64,000 bases of DNA from assembly GCA_043228905.1 (NCBI GenBank), contig JBHGNT010000017.1:12710001-12774000 (forward strand), given 5' to 3'. Of the stretch, positions 60,640 to 64,000 are shown in pieces (position 1 is the stretch's first letter; each line of letters begins with the position of its first letter). The position numbers and the translations under genes are program-made. The notes beneath the pieces are model-generated. The model ran no database searches. It was given only the letters and a program-made list of their open reading frames with translations, and was not told the origin of the DNA. The DNA comes from Azolla caroliniana. Taxonomy: Eukaryota > Plantae > Polypodiophyta.

Positions 60640-62650
60640 TGACAGGTTGACCGAAAGCTTGTCATTTTGCGAAAGACGACTTTGGAGAGCACTACAGAGC
60701 ACACAGATTTCCGGAAAAGCACAAGCAACCAACTAACCCCAAGCACATCTCCACAGCAGTGCAGGCGAAGACGAAGACACAGGACTGATGGCACTCATCA
60801 AGCACGGATGGGAAGGCTTCCTCCAGGTGGCAGAGGTGCCACCACACAAAGAACCAGAGAAGGTTGCTGCCATCATAGACCTTGACGAAATATCTGAAGG
60901 AACTGTGCAGGCTCTTGTTAGATTGCCTATCGGAGGACTATACTCCATAAAAAACCCCTCCTGAAACGTTCTGACAGACTACTTCGGGGAGTATTCCCTC
61001 GCCAACAAAGCATACTGCACACAGGGCGGCAAGTACCCCCCTGTTTAGGAAGGTGGCTCGTATTTTGTTACAATATGGTTTTGTGCACCCTCACCCACTA
61101 GCTATGCCCAAGAACAAAGCCAGTTTTATAATAGCCACATTCGAAGGCATCAAAGTAGACTAGCCGGTAATCATGGCGGATGCATTAAGAGTAAGCATCC
61201 AAGTAGTCATAGATGGCAAGAAGGCCTGATGCAGGTTAGCATAATGGCTAACCCCATTAGTACCCCCAACACACACCATCAAGAAGAAGAAACATGTCCA
61301 GCCGAAAACCACACCGAATAAGGTATCCAAACGGCAGCACCTCTTGTCAAAGCACAACCCCAGATGGACGGACTGGGAAGCATCTCAACGGGAAGAAACA
61401 TAAACGACCCGGAGACAGGAGGTGGTAGAGCCCGCTCCGGAAAAAATGGCCAAACCACTTAAAATCAAGCTACGCTAACAAGACAAGGACACAGAAGACC
61501 TCGGAGGGTGAACCCAGAAACCACAGAGGAAGAGGCGGAAGAAGAACCAACTGAAACCCTCCAGCATCGTCCAAGGAAGCGCGACACGGAGCAACAGGGG
61601 GAAGGCTCAGTTCCAAAGCTGAATAGCACCCCGATGATCGACTCAATGGTGGTAGAACCCAGGACAGAGGAAGATCTGGAAATAAGGCCATAAGTGGTGG
61701 CAACGGTTCATCAAGATCCAGTTACAGGAAGTCTAACCTCACCGGTCCTTCAAGAACAACACCACGAGGAACATCGTCCCGAGCAGACACTAGAGCCGTT
61801 AACCCAATGGTTCAAAAAGGAGCATGAACCAAGACCGGAGCAAGTGCAGTCCTTCACTGTCCCAACACAACACGGAACCTGCCGACAATGGTTGAAATGG
61901 ATCGGAGAGTAGGTATCCGGTGTTGCTGACCGAATGGACGAGGAACAACGGCAAGTCAGTAATCAAGTGGTGTGGTTGCTAGCAACAACCGAAGAATTAG
62001 AGAAGGCCCAGGCACAGATCCGGAGCCTGGAAGAAGAGTTAAAAAGGGCTAAAGAATGTGTGGCCATCATGGCTAACAAGGGACAAACTACAAGCGCAGT
62101 AATGGAGCCGGTGCCACCGGCTACTTTACAGAAGGAAGCTCTGGAAACAGAGGCACAACCAGTGGTGAGTACAACCCAGGAAAAAGACGCAGAACGAGAA
62201 AAGGAAATATCAACCTTAAGGGAAGAACTCGTAGCTCAGGAAGCACTAAGAGAATGAGAGAGAGCAAAAAAGCAAACAACCGAGGAAGAGAAGTAGAGAC
62301 TAGAGGAAAATCTCTGGAAAAGTCACGCACATAAGGACCGGCTGAAGGAGGAAAGAGAAAAGCTACTGTAAGAGAAGGATAAGCTCCTAAGAATGCCAGA
62401 AATGGGAATAGAGCAGTTGAAGGAAGAAATCCGGCAGCAAAAGGATTGTGAAGATTGGGCATGCTCTCAAATCAATCGGTGCCTTAAATAGAAAACGGAG
62501 GATTTCGAAAAGTTGCATAGAGACCACAAGCAAGTAGACACCGAACACAAGAAGCTTGGGTTGGAATGTGACTGGCAACAAGAGAATATAAAAGAAATCT
62601 GGACAGAGCTGGCCAAGCTCACAGAGGAGTTGGCGAAGCAACGCAAAAAT
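60640..62650 (+). pseudogene. Degenerate homologue of the element B extra ORF
   Basis: HGWEGFL..PPHKEPEK..YFGEYSLANKAYCTQGG versus HGLEGFL..PPHREAEK..YFGEYSVANKACRTQGG; coiled coil AQIRSLEEEL...LREELVAQEALRE. Confidence 0.8.
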
Positions 62651-62654
62651 TAAA

Positions 62655-63157
62655 ATAGGATCCGGACGGTAATAACAGAAACTCTTCCGGATCTATCTGT
62701 TCCTATTTTAATTTTAGCTAATTAATTATTACCCGTATAGGTAGGTGTACGGGAGGGTTAAGGTGTAATGTGTATGGTGTGTAAATTCTAAGGTGTGTAA
62801 TGTGTAATATGAATGAGTGTGTAAGGATGAGTATGTGTAGGGACACATGCACAATCATATGCATGTGTATAAGAATGCGTAACTGTTACGGTCTTATTTA
62901 TAACGGTCATGTAACCGTTGCATTGGATGTATTATATAAACCCCTTATGGGCATGTAACGAACATATCTTTTTCCTCTCTCATTTTTGTGTCATTTCTTA
63001 TTTTCACTCTCGTTTTCTCTCTCTCTAATGTAACCCCCTTGGGAAGGGGGTGAAGCCATTCTAGGCTTCACCCCCCACCCATTAACACTAATAACTAATA
63101 CTTTCCATTTCTGGCTTGTCCCCCATGTGTCTTTCATACTCCGGCCTCCAACCAACA
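62655..63157 (+). repeat. Probable LTR fragment (TATATAAA, ends CCAACA) with a 12-bp perfect hairpin
   Basis: Abuts copia RT at 63158. GGGGGTGAAGCC-ATTCTA-GGCTTCACCCCC at 63046-63075. Confidence 0.45.
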
Positions 63158-64000
63158 ACTCTGGCACGGAAGAGTGCAAACCGACTAAGTATCGTCAACT
63201 AATCGGGAGTCTCATCTACCTCACGATCACTCGACCTGACCGGAGCTATCCGGTCGGCCTCCTTAACCAATTCATGCAAACTCCGGGGGATATTCATTTC
63301 GATTGCGCTAAGTGAGTGTTATGATACGTGAATGGAACAATGGACTATGGAATTCTCTACCATCGGCCACACCAATTCGACTCGAAGGGTATACGGATAC
63401 CAACTGGGCCGGCGACAGAGCCGATCGATGATCGACCTTCGGATTTGTCTGCCTGCTCGGCAGCGGAGCAATATCTTGGAGTAGTAAGAAGCAGCCTACC
63501 GTCGCACTTTCGAGCACAGAGGCCGAATACAAGGGCGCAACCATGGCTACATGTGAAGCCATATGGTTCAAGAGGATTTTGAAGGATCTAGGCGTTCCTA
63601 TGAAGGATCCGACTCCCTTTTACTATGACAACATGAGCAATATTTATCTAGTTCGGAACCCGGTGTTCCACGCACGCACAAAGCATATTGAAGTGCATTA
63701 TCACTTCATTCGAGAGCACGTTGAGGCCGGAGATGTCGACCTTGAACACATCAACACAAATCTTTAGACAACCAACAACTTCACCAAGGCCCTAAGAGCC
63801 GACAAGCTTCGGCAATTCATGTCAAACCTTGGATATACGATCCCTGACTTGCCAAGCTTGAGGGCGACTACAAGAGAGAGCCGGATACCATCCGAACCGG
63901 GTACGAGCCGAAGTGGACATGGGAGATCGTCCAAACCGACCCGAGTTGAGCTTGAGGGGGCATGCTGAGAATCAAGCTCAACCTAGTGCAAAGTGTGAAC
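63158..64000 (+). mobile_element. Ty1/copia 3' end: RT end, RNase H, PPT TTGAGGGGG, start of 3' LTR at ~63963
   Basis: YRQLIGSLIYLTITRPD; NPVFHARTKHIEVHYHFIRE. The LTR start resembles the reverse complement of 56325-56362. Confidence 0.9.

Overview
This is eukaryotic DNA, most likely from a land plant (the element types suggest a non-seed plant, but that is inference). It is heterochromatin-like and made almost entirely of nested, decaying retroelements; I see no host gene. It contains: (i) a tRNA-Trp-primed Ty3/gypsy group with TGTCG...CGACA LTR ends, comprising two near-complete copies (11375-19598, 34385-41314), a 5'-truncated copy (51155-54430), two gag-only non-autonomous relatives (1-2204, 4646-6669) and related solo or partial LTRs; (ii) a second gypsy family with an extra ORF after pol (6670-24374; relatives at 56800-62650); (iii) many tRNA-iMet-primed Ty1/copia fragments; (iv) the 3' end of a Penelope-like element with a minimal hammerhead ribozyme (~49090-50920). 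The most notable signals are a conserved G_GAU_UUU-stop -1 frameshift site with a covarying stem/pseudoknot between protease and RT, 4-bp CpG-centred target sites for all TGTCG...CGACA elements, antisense tRNA-like Pol III cassettes inside LTRs, a covarying hairpin just before the PPT shared by autonomous and gag-only elements, and the Penelope-like element whose ORF ends without a C-terminal endonuclease. All calls were made by eye and boundaries may be off by a few nt.
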